64,000 bases of DNA from IMG/VR virus record IMGVR_UViG_3300042876_000250, positions 417-64,416 of that record. One strand, given 5' to 3'. Below the pieces are notes generated by a model that saw nothing but the letters and a program-made list of their open reading frames with translations, was not told where the DNA came from and made no database searches. Of the stretch, positions 16,781 to 26,829 are shown one piece after another (the stretch's first letter is position 1; each line of letters begins with the position of its first letter). The translations under genes and the position numbers were made by a program. The stretch comes from a virus (lineage: Duplodnaviria; Caudoviricetes).

Positions 16781-18361
16781 ATGGCGTACGTTGTAGCGGA
16801 TCGGGTCAAGGAGACCACCACCTCCACCGGCACGGGGAACATCACCCTGGCCGGTGCGGCCACGGGCTTCAAAACCTTCAGCTCGACCATCGGTGTTGGC
16901 AACACCACAACGTACGTCATCACGGACGCCACCGGCTCACAGTGGGAAGTTGGTCTCGGCACTTTGAGCGGCAGCACGACGCTGGTTCGCACGAGCGTCT
17001 TTTCCAACAGCGCAGGCACGACCACGCAGATCAACTTCTCGGCGGGTACAAAGAGTGTCTTTGTGTCGATGTCCGCTGCGCCAAGTAACTTCAACGTAGC
17101 GCTTGGGACGAGCCTGGGCTTTTCACCAAACACCTTGAGTTACACAACCGTTTTTGGGTTTGGTGCAGGCGCTGGCGCAGACGGGGCTACGGCTATCGGG
17201 CAATACTCCGCTGCAAACGGCGGAAATTCCACCGCCGTAGGTGGCGGCGCAACTGCGACAGGTCTAAATACCGTAGCTGTTGGAGAAACGTCCAACGCGG
17301 GCGGTGCCGGAGCTATTGCGGTTGGTAGCAGCGCAAACGCTGCTGGCTATCAAGGCGTTGCGATGGGGGATGACGCTATTGCATCTGCTAACTATTCGGT
17401 TGCGCTGGGGCCAAGCACTGCGGTTTACGGGCAGTACGGCGCGGTGGTCGGAGGTCAGTCTACGGCATATATAGATACCGGGGGTAGCCCCACTCCGGGT
17501 ATTGTTGTTGGCGGCAATTCCTCCAACTGGGGCGGCATCACAATCGGCAGCGGTTCCAACACGGCCTCTTCCACGGGTGAGCGCTCGATCATCATCGGGC
17601 ATAACATCACGGCCGCTGCTCCCGACGCCACCTACATGAACAAGTTCCGCACGGGTGTTACGCCTGTGGGCACTTCGTGGACTCTGAAGTGGGACGACTC
17701 TACCAAAGAGGTCTATGCTGATCCGGGTGGTGGCCCAACGGGCCCGAACTGGTACACGTACGAGACTGTGGCTTTCCCGGGCGGAACGTTTTCTTTGGCC
17801 ATGCCCAGCGGGATGCCGACTTCCAGTTTCGGGGCCGGTGGGGTGCTGATTTCTTCGCAGTCGGTGTACGGCGGCAGTGTCAATCCCGCCAGCGGAGCTT
17901 GGTCTTATTTTGGAAGCACCTCGTACTACAGCGGTGTGTACGGCGCGTACTCGCCGTCACCTGACCCCACGTCGTATTCTGGCTCTGGGTATGGCACTAT
18001 CGTTGTGTACTACTCTGGATACGAGACAGACTCTGGCACGGCCTCGGTGCACCAAGTAAATACTGGCACCACACTTTACAGCAACTTCTCGAACACCCTG
18101 AGTTGTAGCTCTTTCAGCCCTTTCGGGTCTACCCGTCACGGTCATGCAATTGTGGCCATCAACGGCAACTATGCTGGCACCATCACCCCTTCTTCGGGTG
18201 TGACGCTGGTTGAAGAGTTTTACGACAGCAACGCAGGCTACACGTACGCGTTTTTTGATCTCGACACGACGGCGGTTAGCAACGCGTCTATGGGTATGGG
18301 CTTTGCCACTTACGGCGGCTTTACCAGCTACGAGACCATTTTTTGGTACAACTACTCATGA
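16781..18361 (+). CDS. Tail fibre / receptor-binding protein with YadA-head-like repeats
   Basis: Conserved N-terminus (ADRVKETTT, WEVGLGT), ~14-aa A[IV]G..A.A repeats, divergent C-terminus. Confidence 0.8.
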   Translation: MAYVVADRVKETTTSTGTGNITLAGAATGFKTFSSTIGVGNTTTYVITDATGSQWEVGLGTLSGSTTLVRTSVFSNSAGTTTQINFSAGTKSVFVSMSAAPSNFNVALGTSLGFSPNTLSYTTVFGFGAGAGADGATAIGQYSAANGGNSTAVGGGATATGLNTVAVGETSNAGGAGAIAVGSSANAAGYQGVAMGDDAIASANYSVALGPSTAVYGQYGAVVGGQSTAYIDTGGSPTPGIVVGGNSSNWGGITIGSGSNTASSTGERSIIIGHNITAAAPDATYMNKFRTGVTPVGTSWTLKWDDSTKEVYADPGGGPTGPNWYTYETVAFPGGTFSLAMPSGMPTSSFGAGGVLISSQSVYGGSVNPASGAWSYFGSTSYYSGVYGAYSPSPDPTSYSGSGYGTIVVYYSGYETDSGTASVHQVNTGTTLYSNFSNTLSCSSFSPFGSTRHGHAIVAINGNYAGTITPSSGVTLVEEFYDSNAGYTYAFFDLDTTAVSNASMGMGFATYGGFTSYETIFWYNYS

Positions 18362-18789
18362 CGCACAAGCTGTTTGTCCTCGTTGTTGACGGCGTACCTG
18401 CGGGGGATGTAACCCCGCAGGGGCTTGTACCTGCTGACGCTGCTGGATACCAAGAAGTCTCGATCCCGCCGTACCCGCAGGATGGTCGTAGGTATGTCCC
18501 CGGCAACCCCCGGTTTGAAGGTGATGCCTTGATGGCCGACTGGCTACAAGTCGAAGACCCCGGCTACATTCTTCGTACAGCCATGCGTGCTCGTGCGGAA
18601 CGTGAATCCCGCGATGCTCGCATCAAGCTGGTAGAGTGGCGGTACGCACGATACGAGCGCAACGCCCGCTTGGGCCTGCCCCAACAAGACGACATGGCCA
18701 AACTGGACGCTTACGTCCAGGCGCTGGCTGACGTGCCCTCGCAGGAGGGTTTCCCCTGGCAGATTGACTGGCCGGTGTACACGCCGTAA
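18358..18789 (+). CDS. Tail fibre assembly chaperone
   Basis: YVQALADVPSQEGFPWQIDWP C-terminal motif. Confidence 0.8.
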   Translation: MTHKLFVLVVDGVPAGDVTPQGLVPADAAGYQEVSIPPYPQDGRRYVPGNPRFEGDALMADWLQVEDPGYILRTAMRARAERESRDARIKLVEWRYARYERNARLGLPQQDDMAKLDAYVQALADVPSQEGFPWQIDWPVYTP

Positions 18790-18801
18790 CGAGGACGCCA
18801 C

Positions 18802-19899
18802 ATGCTGTTTGGCGATTCCGCGTTCAGTGAAGTTGCATTTGCGGAGCAGCCAGCCGCAGGTGGAAACGTGTACTCGGTCTCTGTTGCCGAGGCCGTAACT
18901 GCGGCGGACGCAGTTTCCGCCACCATGGTTCGCGTTGCTTCCCTGACGGAAGCGGTCTCGGCGGCAGATGTCATCTCCGCCATCATGGCGTTGAGCGCGG
19001 CGGTTTCAGAGACTGCGACCGCAGCGGATTCCGTAAGCGGAGTCAGCACAATTGGTAGCAGCGTCACCGAAGCACTCGCGGCAACGGATTCTGTAGCTGG
19101 CGACATCTCGCTGGATTCCTCGCTTACGGAAGCTGCTACTGCCAGCGATTCCGTCTCCGCAACACCGGCTATTGCTGCGCAGGTTTCTGAATCTGCCCCC
19201 GCAACAGAAGCCGTTTCGTCTTCTGGAGACTTTGTAGCGGAGGTGGTTGCGGTGGCCAATGCCCAGGACTTTTCTGAAGGCATCGCTGGCATCGACACCT
19301 TTGTTTTTGAGTCCGGCGTTGCGGACGCATTTCCGTTCACGCAGGTCACGCAAGAAGCAGAAGTTCTTGAGACTGCGCTTGCCGAAGACTCCGTTGAAGG
19401 CGAGTTCAACATGTTCGTGGACGTGTCGGAGACGGCTGCTGCGGACGACGCGGTTTCGTACAGCTTCGAGGCATCTGGCACAGTTGATGAAGCGCTGACC
19501 GCCACGGATGTCTATGACGTTGTGCAGGAGTATGGCGGCCTTGTCGAGGAGTTTGTTCCGGTTGCTGACGATGTGACTTCACAGCAGATTGCGGGGGCAA
19601 CAGTGCAGGAGTTTGCTGCTGCGCAAGACGTGCTTACCGGCGTGCTGATTCAGAACGTTTCTGTGCAGGAGCTTGTGCAGGCTTTGGATGCGTACAGCGC
19701 CGCAGGCAGCAGCTACCAAGTCACGCTGAACGAGGCCGTGGCAATCACCGACCAATATGTGGCGCGGCTGCTCTGGGAAATTATTCAAACGGGTGTCACC
19801 AACACGTGGAACGTAAGCGCCACGGGTACATCCGCCACTTGGACGACGATTGCAACTACGACCGAAACCAACTGGCAGGTCATCAAAACCCAGCCGTAA
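18802..19899 (+). CDS. Acidic repeat-rich virion protein
   Basis: MLFGDSAFSEVAFAE start; ~19-aa repeats [VL].E...A.D.V. Confidence 0.75.
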   Translation: MLFGDSAFSEVAFAEQPAAGGNVYSVSVAEAVTAADAVSATMVRVASLTEAVSAADVISAIMALSAAVSETATAADSVSGVSTIGSSVTEALAATDSVAGDISLDSSLTEAATASDSVSATPAIAAQVSESAPATEAVSSSGDFVAEVVAVANAQDFSEGIAGIDTFVFESGVADAFPFTQVTQEAEVLETALAEDSVEGEFNMFVDVSETAAADDAVSYSFEASGTVDEALTATDVYDVVQEYGGLVEEFVPVADDVTSQQIAGATVQEFAAAQDVLTGVLIQNVSVQELVQALDAYSAAGSSYQVTLNEAVAITDQYVARLLWEIIQTGVTNTWNVSATGTSATWTTIATTTETNWQVIKTQP

Positions 19900-19964
19900 A
19901 GCGCGGCTAGACAAGTTGTTGGTATGACTCGACAATACCAAAACCGCACGACAGGAAGACTCAA

Positions 19965-21284
19965 ATGAGCACGTATTCCACCAATTTGCGCATCGAACTC
20001 ATCGGCACCGGCCAGCAGGCAGGTACGTGGGGCACAACCACGAACACCAACTTGGGCACGCTGATTGAGGATGCCATCTCCGGGTTTGAGACCGTGACGA
20101 TCACGTCTACCGCGCAGGCCTTCACCGCCGTGGACGGTGCTGCGGATCAGGCGCGCAACGCAGCAATCAAGCTGGAGACCTCCACTGTCACCACGGCGTT
20201 CAGCGTCTTTGCGCCGCCAGTGCCGAAGCTGTACGTCATCCACAACGCTTCGATTTACGCCGCCACGATCTACAACTCGACCGTTACGGGCAACACGACG
20301 GCCGCAGGCGATGGCGTGGTTATTCCTGCGGGCCAGACGGTTTCGGTTTACACCGACGGCACGGACTTTTTTGCACAGACCTCTTATCTGCCCTCGCTGA
20401 TTCTGGGCACTGACCTTGCCGTGGCCGACGGCGGCACGGGCGCATCGAATGCAGGGGATGCGCGTGTTAACCTGGGCCTGGGCTCCATGGCCACGCAGAA
20501 CGCCAACGGGGTAACAATTGTTGGTGGGGATATTGCTGGCGTCACGTTTGCTTCGTCTGGTGTAACCATCACAGGCGGCAACATTACGGGGACTTACATC
20601 ACCGTCCTTTCGGCCACGCTCCCTGTGTTGACCCAGGGGCAGCTTGCGTACAACATGTCCGATCAAACGCTTTCTGTGGGCCGGGCTTCCGACACGGTTT
20701 CGTTGGCCACTGTTTCTACAACGCAGACGCTCACGAACAAAACGCTGACCAGCCCGGTCATGACCGGGACGCCCACTGCACCCACGGCGGCCTCCGGCAC
20801 CAACACGACGCAGGTTGCCACCACCGCGTTCGTGCAAGCGGCTGTTACGGCCGCAGCGCAAGCAGCCTATCCGGTGGGCTCGATTTACATTAACGCCACG
20901 AACAGCACCAATCCAGCATCGCTTCTTGGCTTTGGCACTTGGGTTGCATTTGGTGCAGGCCGCGTACCCGTCGGCTTTGATTCAGGCAATGCACTGTTCA
21001 ACTCTGCCGAAGAGACGGGCGGCTCCTACGATGCTGTGGTGGTCTCCCACACTCACACTGCCACGGTGACAGACCCTGGACACAACCACACGTACCAGCG
21101 GCGCACGACGATCAGCAACGGCGAGTTTGCAAACGACCCGATGGCGTACATCAATCTGGAGACTGTGAACACCAGCACCAGCACGACCGGCATCACCGTG
21201 GCCAACTCCACCGAGGGTGTGTCCGGAACCAACGCCAACATTCAGCCGTACATCACGGTGTACATGTGGAAGCGCACGGCCTGA
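19965..21284 (+). CDS. Tail fibre with T4 gp10-like C-terminal domain
   Basis: GTWG.TTNTNL N-terminus; YPVGSIYI, FGAGRV.VG, HTH/HNH, QPYITVYMWKRT. Confidence 0.8.
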   Translation: MSTYSTNLRIELIGTGQQAGTWGTTTNTNLGTLIEDAISGFETVTITSTAQAFTAVDGAADQARNAAIKLETSTVTTAFSVFAPPVPKLYVIHNASIYAATIYNSTVTGNTTAAGDGVVIPAGQTVSVYTDGTDFFAQTSYLPSLILGTDLAVADGGTGASNAGDARVNLGLGSMATQNANGVTIVGGDIAGVTFASSGVTITGGNITGTYITVLSATLPVLTQGQLAYNMSDQTLSVGRASDTVSLATVSTTQTLTNKTLTSPVMTGTPTAPTAASGTNTTQVATTAFVQAAVTAAAQAAYPVGSIYINATNSTNPASLLGFGTWVAFGAGRVPVGFDSGNALFNSAEETGGSYDAVVVSHTHTATVTDPGHNHTYQRRTTISNGEFANDPMAYINLETVNTSTSTTGITVANSTEGVSGTNANIQPYITVYMWKRTA

Positions 21285-21295
21285 TTTAGGAGCCA

Positions 21296-21802
21296 ATGAT
21301 GCTGTCCCTTATCTCCACCCTCGGCGGGCTGCTCATCAGTGGACTGCCAAAACTGCTTGAGTTCTTCCAGAACAAGGCGGATCAGCAGCACGAACTGGCC
21401 CTGGCCCGGATTCAAACCGAGCGCGAACTGGCCCTGGCTGCTCAGGGCTTTGCCGCCCAGCAGCGTATTGAGGAGATCCGCACCGAGCAGGTCTCAATGC
21501 AGACCGAGGCCCAGATGACGGCTGCTGCGCTGCAACATGACGAGAAGGTGCTGGAGAAAGCCAGCCGCTGGGTTGCCAACTACGTGGGCACTGTTCGGCC
21601 TACAGTTACCTACATCTTCGTGCTGGAGCTTGTGGTCATCAACGCCTTCATGGCGGTGTACCTGTGGAACCACCCCAACCTGATTACCAGCATCGACGAC
21701 GTGGTGAAGTACTCCGAGCTGATCTTCTCCAGCGATGAGATGGCCATGCTGGGCGGCATCATCGGGTTCTGGTTCGGGTCGAGGCAGTGGGGCAAGAAGT
21801 GA
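21296..21802 (+). CDS. Putative holin
   Basis: Hydrophobic segments, VRPTVTY and GFWFGSR motifs; directly before the endolysin. Confidence 0.7.
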   Translation: MMLSLISTLGGLLISGLPKLLEFFQNKADQQHELALARIQTERELALAAQGFAAQQRIEEIRTEQVSMQTEAQMTAAALQHDEKVLEKASRWVANYVGTVRPTVTYIFVLELVVINAFMAVYLWNHPNLITSIDDVVKYSELIFSSDEMAMLGGIIGFWFGSRQWGKK

Positions 21803-22314
21803 AGCTCAGCAGTGCTGGCGCGGATTTGATGCACAAGTACGAAGGCTTCAGGAACAAGCCGTACCTTTGCCCCGCCCACATCTGGACAATCGGCTACGGC
21901 CACGTCCTCTACCAAGAGCAGATCAGGCTGCCGATGGTTCGGCCTCCGGGCAAGACCAAGGAGGACATCCCCATGATCCGCAGCGAGTACCCTTTGAGGC
22001 CGGAGGACAACCGTGTCTGGAGCAAGCAAGAAATTGAAGACCTGTTCAGTGTGGACGTCTCGTCTTTTGAACGTGGTGTTCTACGACTTGTTCCCGGCGT
22101 GGTTGGCCGTCAAGGCAGCTTTGACGCTCTGGTCAGTTTTGCCTTCAATGTCGGTGTAGGAAACCTACAGCGTAGTACCATCAGAATGCGGGCCAATCGC
22201 GGAGATTGGGAGCAGGCAGGCGACGCTTTCTTGCTTTGGAATAAGGCCGGGGGTAAAGTACTGCCTGGGTTGGATCGTCGGCGCAAAGATGAACGCGCTC
22301 TTTTTCTGTCGTAG
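21799..22314 (+). CDS. Endolysin, GH24 lysozyme
   Basis: EG...PY..WTIGYGH, FDALVSFAFNVG, WNKAGGKVLPGL.RRR..E. Confidence 0.92.
   Translation: MKLSSAGADLMHKYEGFRNKPYLCPAHIWTIGYGHVLYQEQIRLPMVRPPGKTKEDIPMIRSEYPLRPEDNRVWSKQEIEDLFSVDVSSFERGVLRLVPGVVGRQGSFDALVSFAFNVGVGNLQRSTIRMRANRGDWEQAGDAFLLWNKAGGKVLPGLDRRRKDERALFLS
22013..22159 (+). CDS. Candidate overprinted 48-aa hydrophobic peptide in the +1 frame of the endolysin
   Basis: GGAGG-6nt-GTG; host-frame codons become A/T-ending over this interval. Confidence 0.4.
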   Translation: MSGASKKLKTCSVWTSRLLNVVFYDLFPAWLAVKAALTLWSVLPSMSV

Positions 22315-22322
22315 GACAAGAC

Positions 22323-24302
22323 ATGCCGCTTCAAAGTTTGCAACTTCGTCCCGGGGTCAACCGCGAATCTACTTCTCTTGCCAACGAAGGCACTTGGTTC
22401 GAGATGGACAAAGTGCGCTTTCGCTCCGGCTACCCTGAAAAGCTGGGCGGTTGGGTCAAGGACACCGGGAGCGCATACGATCCTTCCGGCACCATTGCGA
22501 CTCCTCCTGCGGGTTCGTTTTGGGGTGTTTGTCGCAGCTTGCGCAACTGGGTCACGCTCGCCGGGTTCAACCTGTTGAGCCTGGGCACCAACCTCAAGCT
22601 GTACATCCAGCAGACGGTCGGCGGCAATTTCTATGACGTGACCCCTTTGCGGCTCACGGTGACTATCACGGGTACCGCGTTCACGACGACCAGTGGGTCG
22701 GGGGTTGTGGTGTGCAACGTCCCTGGGCATGGCTCCCAGACGGGCGACTTTGTGACGATTTCGGGAGTTGTGGGCTCCGTCAACGGTATTACGGACGCAC
22801 AGCTCAACCGCGAGTTTCAGATCACCTACATCGACAACAACAGCTTCAGCATCTCCACGACGGGCACGGCCAGTCCAGGCGTGAGTCCCGCAGGCACCGC
22901 CACTTTTGCTCTCCAGATCAACACCGGCAGCGACATCTACACCACGGGCGTGGGCTGGGGTGCTGGCGGCTGGGGCGGCGTTACTGGCTCTTCCACCCCT
23001 ACAGGTTGGGGGTCTGCCGCCCCTGCGGGCGTGGGTGTCGGTGTGCAGCTCCGGCTGTGGAGTCAGGCCAATTTCGGCGACCGGCTGGTGGCCAACCCGC
23101 GAGGCGGCCCAATCTATCTGTGGGTGCCTGCGGCAAGCCCCGCTACCTACTACCGGGCTCAGGTGCTGTCGTCCACCAACACGAGCACGCAGGACGGCCA
23201 GCAGTATTGGCTGACGGACTCTTCCTGCCCGGTCGTGGCCAACTCCATTGTTGTATCGGACGCTTCTCGCTTTCTGATTGCGTTTGGCTGCAACAACTAC
23301 GGCGAAACCACGCTCGACCCCATGCTGGTTCGCTGGTCTGACGCCGAGGACTACAGAATCTGGTTCCCCGATGAGGACAACCGTGCGGGCTTTGCTCGCC
23401 TGAGTTCAGGCTCCTCCATCATCGGCCAGCTCCAGTCCCGTCAGGAAATTCTGATCTGGACGGATTCTGCGCTGTACTCCATGCAGTTTGTGGGCGGCGA
23501 TCTGGTCTGGCAGTTCCAGATTCTTGGCGACAACCTGTCCATCATGGGCCCCAACACGGCGGCGCTGGCTTCTGGCGTGGCGTACTGGATGGGCCTGGAC
23601 AAGTTCTACGCCTATTCCGGCCGTGTGGAGACGCTGTACTGCCCGCTGCGCCAGTACATCTTTGGCGACATCAATCTGGATCAGAGCGCCCAGTTCTTTG
23701 CCAGCACCAACGAAGGCTTCAACGAGGTCTGGTGGTTCTACTGCTCGGCGAACAGCACCGTCATCGACAGGTACGTTGTCTACAACCACCTCGAAAAGCT
23801 GTGGTCTTACGGCAACCTGTCTCGCACGTCTTGGCTTGATTCCCCACTGCGCGACTACCCGATTGCTGCTGGCTACAACGGCCAGTTGTTCTACCACGAG
23901 CAGGGCGTGGACGACGGCTCTACCAACCCGCCCAGCCCGATCTCCTGCTACATCCAGTCGGCCGACTTCGACATCGGCGACGGGCACAACTACGGCTTCG
24001 TGTGGCGAATGATCCCCGACATCACGTTCGACGGCTCTTACGTCAACAACCCGGAGGTCACGTTCACGCTGCGCCCCCGGCAGAACCCAGGCTCCAACTA
24101 CGGGATGGCGGACACCCCCGCAGTCATCAGCGCGCAGAACTACCAGGGCCAGCGCAACTACACCGTGCAGCAGTTCACGGAGATCATCTACACGCGCCTG
24201 CGCGGCAGGCAGATGGCGTTCAGAGTGTCCTCTGACGGTCTTGGTGTGCAGTGGCAGCTTGGCGTTCCCCGGATGGACGTTCGCCCGGACGGCCGGAGGT
24301 AA
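22323..24302 (+). CDS. Tail nozzle / packaged-DNA stabilisation protein (tubular B-like)
   Basis: KVRFRSGYPEKLGGW, VRWSD.E, EVWWFY, R.RGRQ, W.LG.PR.D.RPDGRR. Confidence 0.75.
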   Translation: MPLQSLQLRPGVNRESTSLANEGTWFEMDKVRFRSGYPEKLGGWVKDTGSAYDPSGTIATPPAGSFWGVCRSLRNWVTLAGFNLLSLGTNLKLYIQQTVGGNFYDVTPLRLTVTITGTAFTTTSGSGVVVCNVPGHGSQTGDFVTISGVVGSVNGITDAQLNREFQITYIDNNSFSISTTGTASPGVSPAGTATFALQINTGSDIYTTGVGWGAGGWGGVTGSSTPTGWGSAAPAGVGVGVQLRLWSQANFGDRLVANPRGGPIYLWVPAASPATYYRAQVLSSTNTSTQDGQQYWLTDSSCPVVANSIVVSDASRFLIAFGCNNYGETTLDPMLVRWSDAEDYRIWFPDEDNRAGFARLSSGSSIIGQLQSRQEILIWTDSALYSMQFVGGDLVWQFQILGDNLSIMGPNTAALASGVAYWMGLDKFYAYSGRVETLYCPLRQYIFGDINLDQSAQFFASTNEGFNEVWWFYCSANSTVIDRYVVYNHLEKLWSYGNLSRTSWLDSPLRDYPIAAGYNGQLFYHEQGVDDGSTNPPSPISCYIQSADFDIGDGHNYGFVWRMIPDITFDGSYVNNPEVTFTLRPRQNPGSNYGMADTPAVISAQNYQGQRNYTVQQFTEIIYTRLRGRQMAFRVSSDGLGVQWQLGVPRMDVRPDGRR

Positions 24303-24304
24303 GC

Positions 24305-25420
24305 ATGGCCCGGCTTCGCCTGCCCGTAAATCCCCGGCTGCCGGTAGCGCCTGCTGCCTACGACGCCCGGTACCATAATCAGTTCGCAGATATTCTGCGG
24401 CTGTATTTCAACCAGCTCGACAATTTCGATGCGGGCCTTGCAAACGGCGGGCCGCCGTTCAACTACATCGACTTCAATACTGGGGCGATATACACCAGCC
24501 AGGAAGCCCGCCTTGGTTGGAACAACAGTGACAAAACGCTCAACCTGGGCATGGCCTACGGCGTCACGCAGCAGATCGGTCAGGAAACGTACGCCAGGGT
24601 CGGGAACACAACAGGCGTCACGATCCCCAACGGCACTGTAGTCGGGTTCGCAGGGGCGACCACCGAAGCGCTTTTGGTCGCGCCGTACCTTGCAGATGGT
24701 TCCCAGCCTTCGCTGTATATCCTGGGCGTTATGACTCACGACCTCCCTGACAGCGGGGAGAAAGGGTACTGCACGACCTGGGGCTTTGTGCGTGATCTCG
24801 ACACGAGCGCGTTCACTGCCGGGGACATTTTGTATGCCAGCCCGACGACGGCGGGGGCCTTTACCAACGTTAAGCCGACTGCACCTAACAGCGTAATTCC
24901 TGTGGCCGCGTGCGTTACTTCGCACCCGACGCAAGGTATTATTTTTGTTCGCCCAACTATTCAGCAGATGCAGTATTACGGGCAGTTTTCTAAAACTACC
25001 GATGATACCCCTGCGGTGATTAATACGGCGTATCCGCTTGTATTCGACAACACGGATATATCTAACGGTATTACGCTGGGAACCCCCGCGTCGCGTATTG
25101 TGGTTCCTCAGTCGGGGCTTTACTCCGTAGAGGCAAACCTGCAACTCATCAGCGGTAGCGCCGTGAACAAAACTGTTTGGTTTTGGCTGCGGAAAAACGG
25201 AGTTGACGTGCCGAACTCTGCCCGCATCGTTACGGTTGCTGTAAACAGCGCGTACACCACTGTCGCTTTGCGGGAAACCGTGTCTCTGGCAATCAACGAG
25301 TACATCGAGGTCTGCTGGGCTGCGGACAGTACCGCCGTAACGCTGGACTCCGTAAGCCCCACTGCATTTGCGCCCGCCGCGCCGTCAGTGGTTTTGAACA
25401 TCACCCAGGCCCAGCAGTAA
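24305..25420 (+). CDS. Tail protein with C-terminal C1q/TNF-like jelly-roll domain
   Basis: LRLYFNQLD N-terminus; SGLYSVEANLQ, WLRKNGVDV, EYIEVCW. Confidence 0.7.
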   Translation: MARLRLPVNPRLPVAPAAYDARYHNQFADILRLYFNQLDNFDAGLANGGPPFNYIDFNTGAIYTSQEARLGWNNSDKTLNLGMAYGVTQQIGQETYARVGNTTGVTIPNGTVVGFAGATTEALLVAPYLADGSQPSLYILGVMTHDLPDSGEKGYCTTWGFVRDLDTSAFTAGDILYASPTTAGAFTNVKPTAPNSVIPVAACVTSHPTQGIIFVRPTIQQMQYYGQFSKTTDDTPAVINTAYPLVFDNTDISNGITLGTPASRIVVPQSGLYSVEANLQLISGSAVNKTVWFWLRKNGVDVPNSARIVTVAVNSAYTTVALRETVSLAINEYIEVCWAADSTAVTLDSVSPTAFAPAAPSVVLNITQAQQ

Positions 25421-25486
25421 CGCTGGCTATAGACCCGTACCCCCTCAAATGATAGACTCAACCAACCCCTTTTCCGCGAGGCAACC

Positions 25487-26827
25487 ATGAGCCTGCAACT
25501 TGCCGCCCAGCACCTTGCATCCAAGGGCCGTGGCCCTGATACCCAACTCGTTCACATGGCCCCCAGCGAAGTCGCTGGGCTCCAAGCGCTTGCGCGTGCG
25601 GCCGGGGGTACGCTGACCGTCAACCCCGATACGGGTCTGCCGGAGGCGGGCTTTCTTGAGAAAATGCTCCCCGCGCTGATCGGCGTTGGCCTCATGGCTG
25701 CCACTGGCGGCGCAGCAGCTCCCGGTCTTTTTGGCCTGGGCATGCCTGCCACTATCGGCCTGGGTGTTGGCGGCGTCGAGGCGCTTCGCACTGGCAATCT
25801 CAGCAAAGGCCTGATGGCAGGTCTTGGTGCCTACGGCGGTGCCGGACTTGGTGCCGGTCTGCTGGGTGCGGGTGCCGCTGGTGCGGGTGCTGCCGGGGCT
25901 GGTGCTGGTGCGGCTGGTGCGGGAGCGGGCAGTGCGGCTTTGGACGTTCTCGGCCAGCCCATGACCGGCATGGCCCAGGCCGCTGGTCAGGGTTTCACGC
26001 AGAATCTGGCGCAGATGGGCCAGGGTATCGGTGCGCTGGCTTCCGGCACTCCCGGCGCTGGTTCCGCTGCAATGGGGGCCATGGGTGGTGGCGGCATGAA
26101 CGCTGCGCGTATGGGCCTTGCTGCCGCATCTCCCGCGCTGATGGCCAAGCCCAAACAAGCCGAAGGCCCCCAGGACGAACCCAACCCATACAAGTTCAAG
26201 TACGAGTACGAGCGGCCGGAAGACCCGTACTCCACCTCTTCGCGGGAGGCCATGCAGTATCGCGGACGCTACGTGCCTTACGCCACAGGCGGTACTGTCG
26301 AGGAAATGTCGGCGGCCAACGGCGCGCTGATGCGTGAGCAGGAAGCCAACGTTCCCGGCTACGCCATGGGCGGCGTGTTCAAAAAGATCAAAGAGTATCT
26401 TGATGGTCAAGGTGGCGGCGACTCGTTCACGTTCGACCCTGCCACGCAGACGTACACCCGCACGGGCGGTTCAGGCCCTGGCTCCTTCTCCTACGATCAA
26501 GCCACTGGCCAGTACAAAGAAATGGCTGCTGGCGGCCTCTCGCACCTCGGCGATTACTCCGATGGCGGCCGTCTGCTCAAGGGCCCCGGTGACGGCGTGA
26601 GCGACAGCATCCCTGCGGTGATCGCTGACAAGCGCCCTGCGCGTTTGGCTGACGGTGAGTTTGTGGTTCCCGCCCGCATCGTCTCTGAGCTGGGCAACGG
26701 CTCTACCGACGCAGGTGCACGCAAGCTGTACGCGATGATGGATCGGATTCAGCAGAACCGCGCCAAGACCGTCGGCAAAAACAAAGTGGCTGTGAACAGC
26801 CGTTCTGACAAACATCTCCCCGCGTAA
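25487..26827 (+). CDS. Putative DNA ejection (pilot) protein
   Basis: GRGPDT.LVH, INP-like VNPDTGLPE, Gly/Ala-rich hydrophobic core, GPGDGVSDSIPA..LADGEFVVPA. Confidence 0.7.
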   Translation: MSLQLAAQHLASKGRGPDTQLVHMAPSEVAGLQALARAAGGTLTVNPDTGLPEAGFLEKMLPALIGVGLMAATGGAAAPGLFGLGMPATIGLGVGGVEALRTGNLSKGLMAGLGAYGGAGLGAGLLGAGAAGAGAAGAGAGAAGAGAGSAALDVLGQPMTGMAQAAGQGFTQNLAQMGQGIGALASGTPGAGSAAMGAMGGGGMNAARMGLAAASPALMAKPKQAEGPQDEPNPYKFKYEYERPEDPYSTSSREAMQYRGRYVPYATGGTVEEMSAANGALMREQEANVPGYAMGGVFKKIKEYLDGQGGGDSFTFDPATQTYTRTGGSGPGSFSYDQATGQYKEMAAGGLSHLGDYSDGGRLLKGPGDGVSDSIPAVIADKRPARLADGEFVVPARIVSELGNGSTDAGARKLYAMMDRIQQNRAKTVGKNKVAVNSRSDKHLPA

Positions 26828-26829
26828 CT

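Noticed and set aside
25840-25935. GGTGCT-type tandem repeat
   Set aside because: It encodes the Gly/Ala-rich segment of the ejection protein and is not an independent DNA element.
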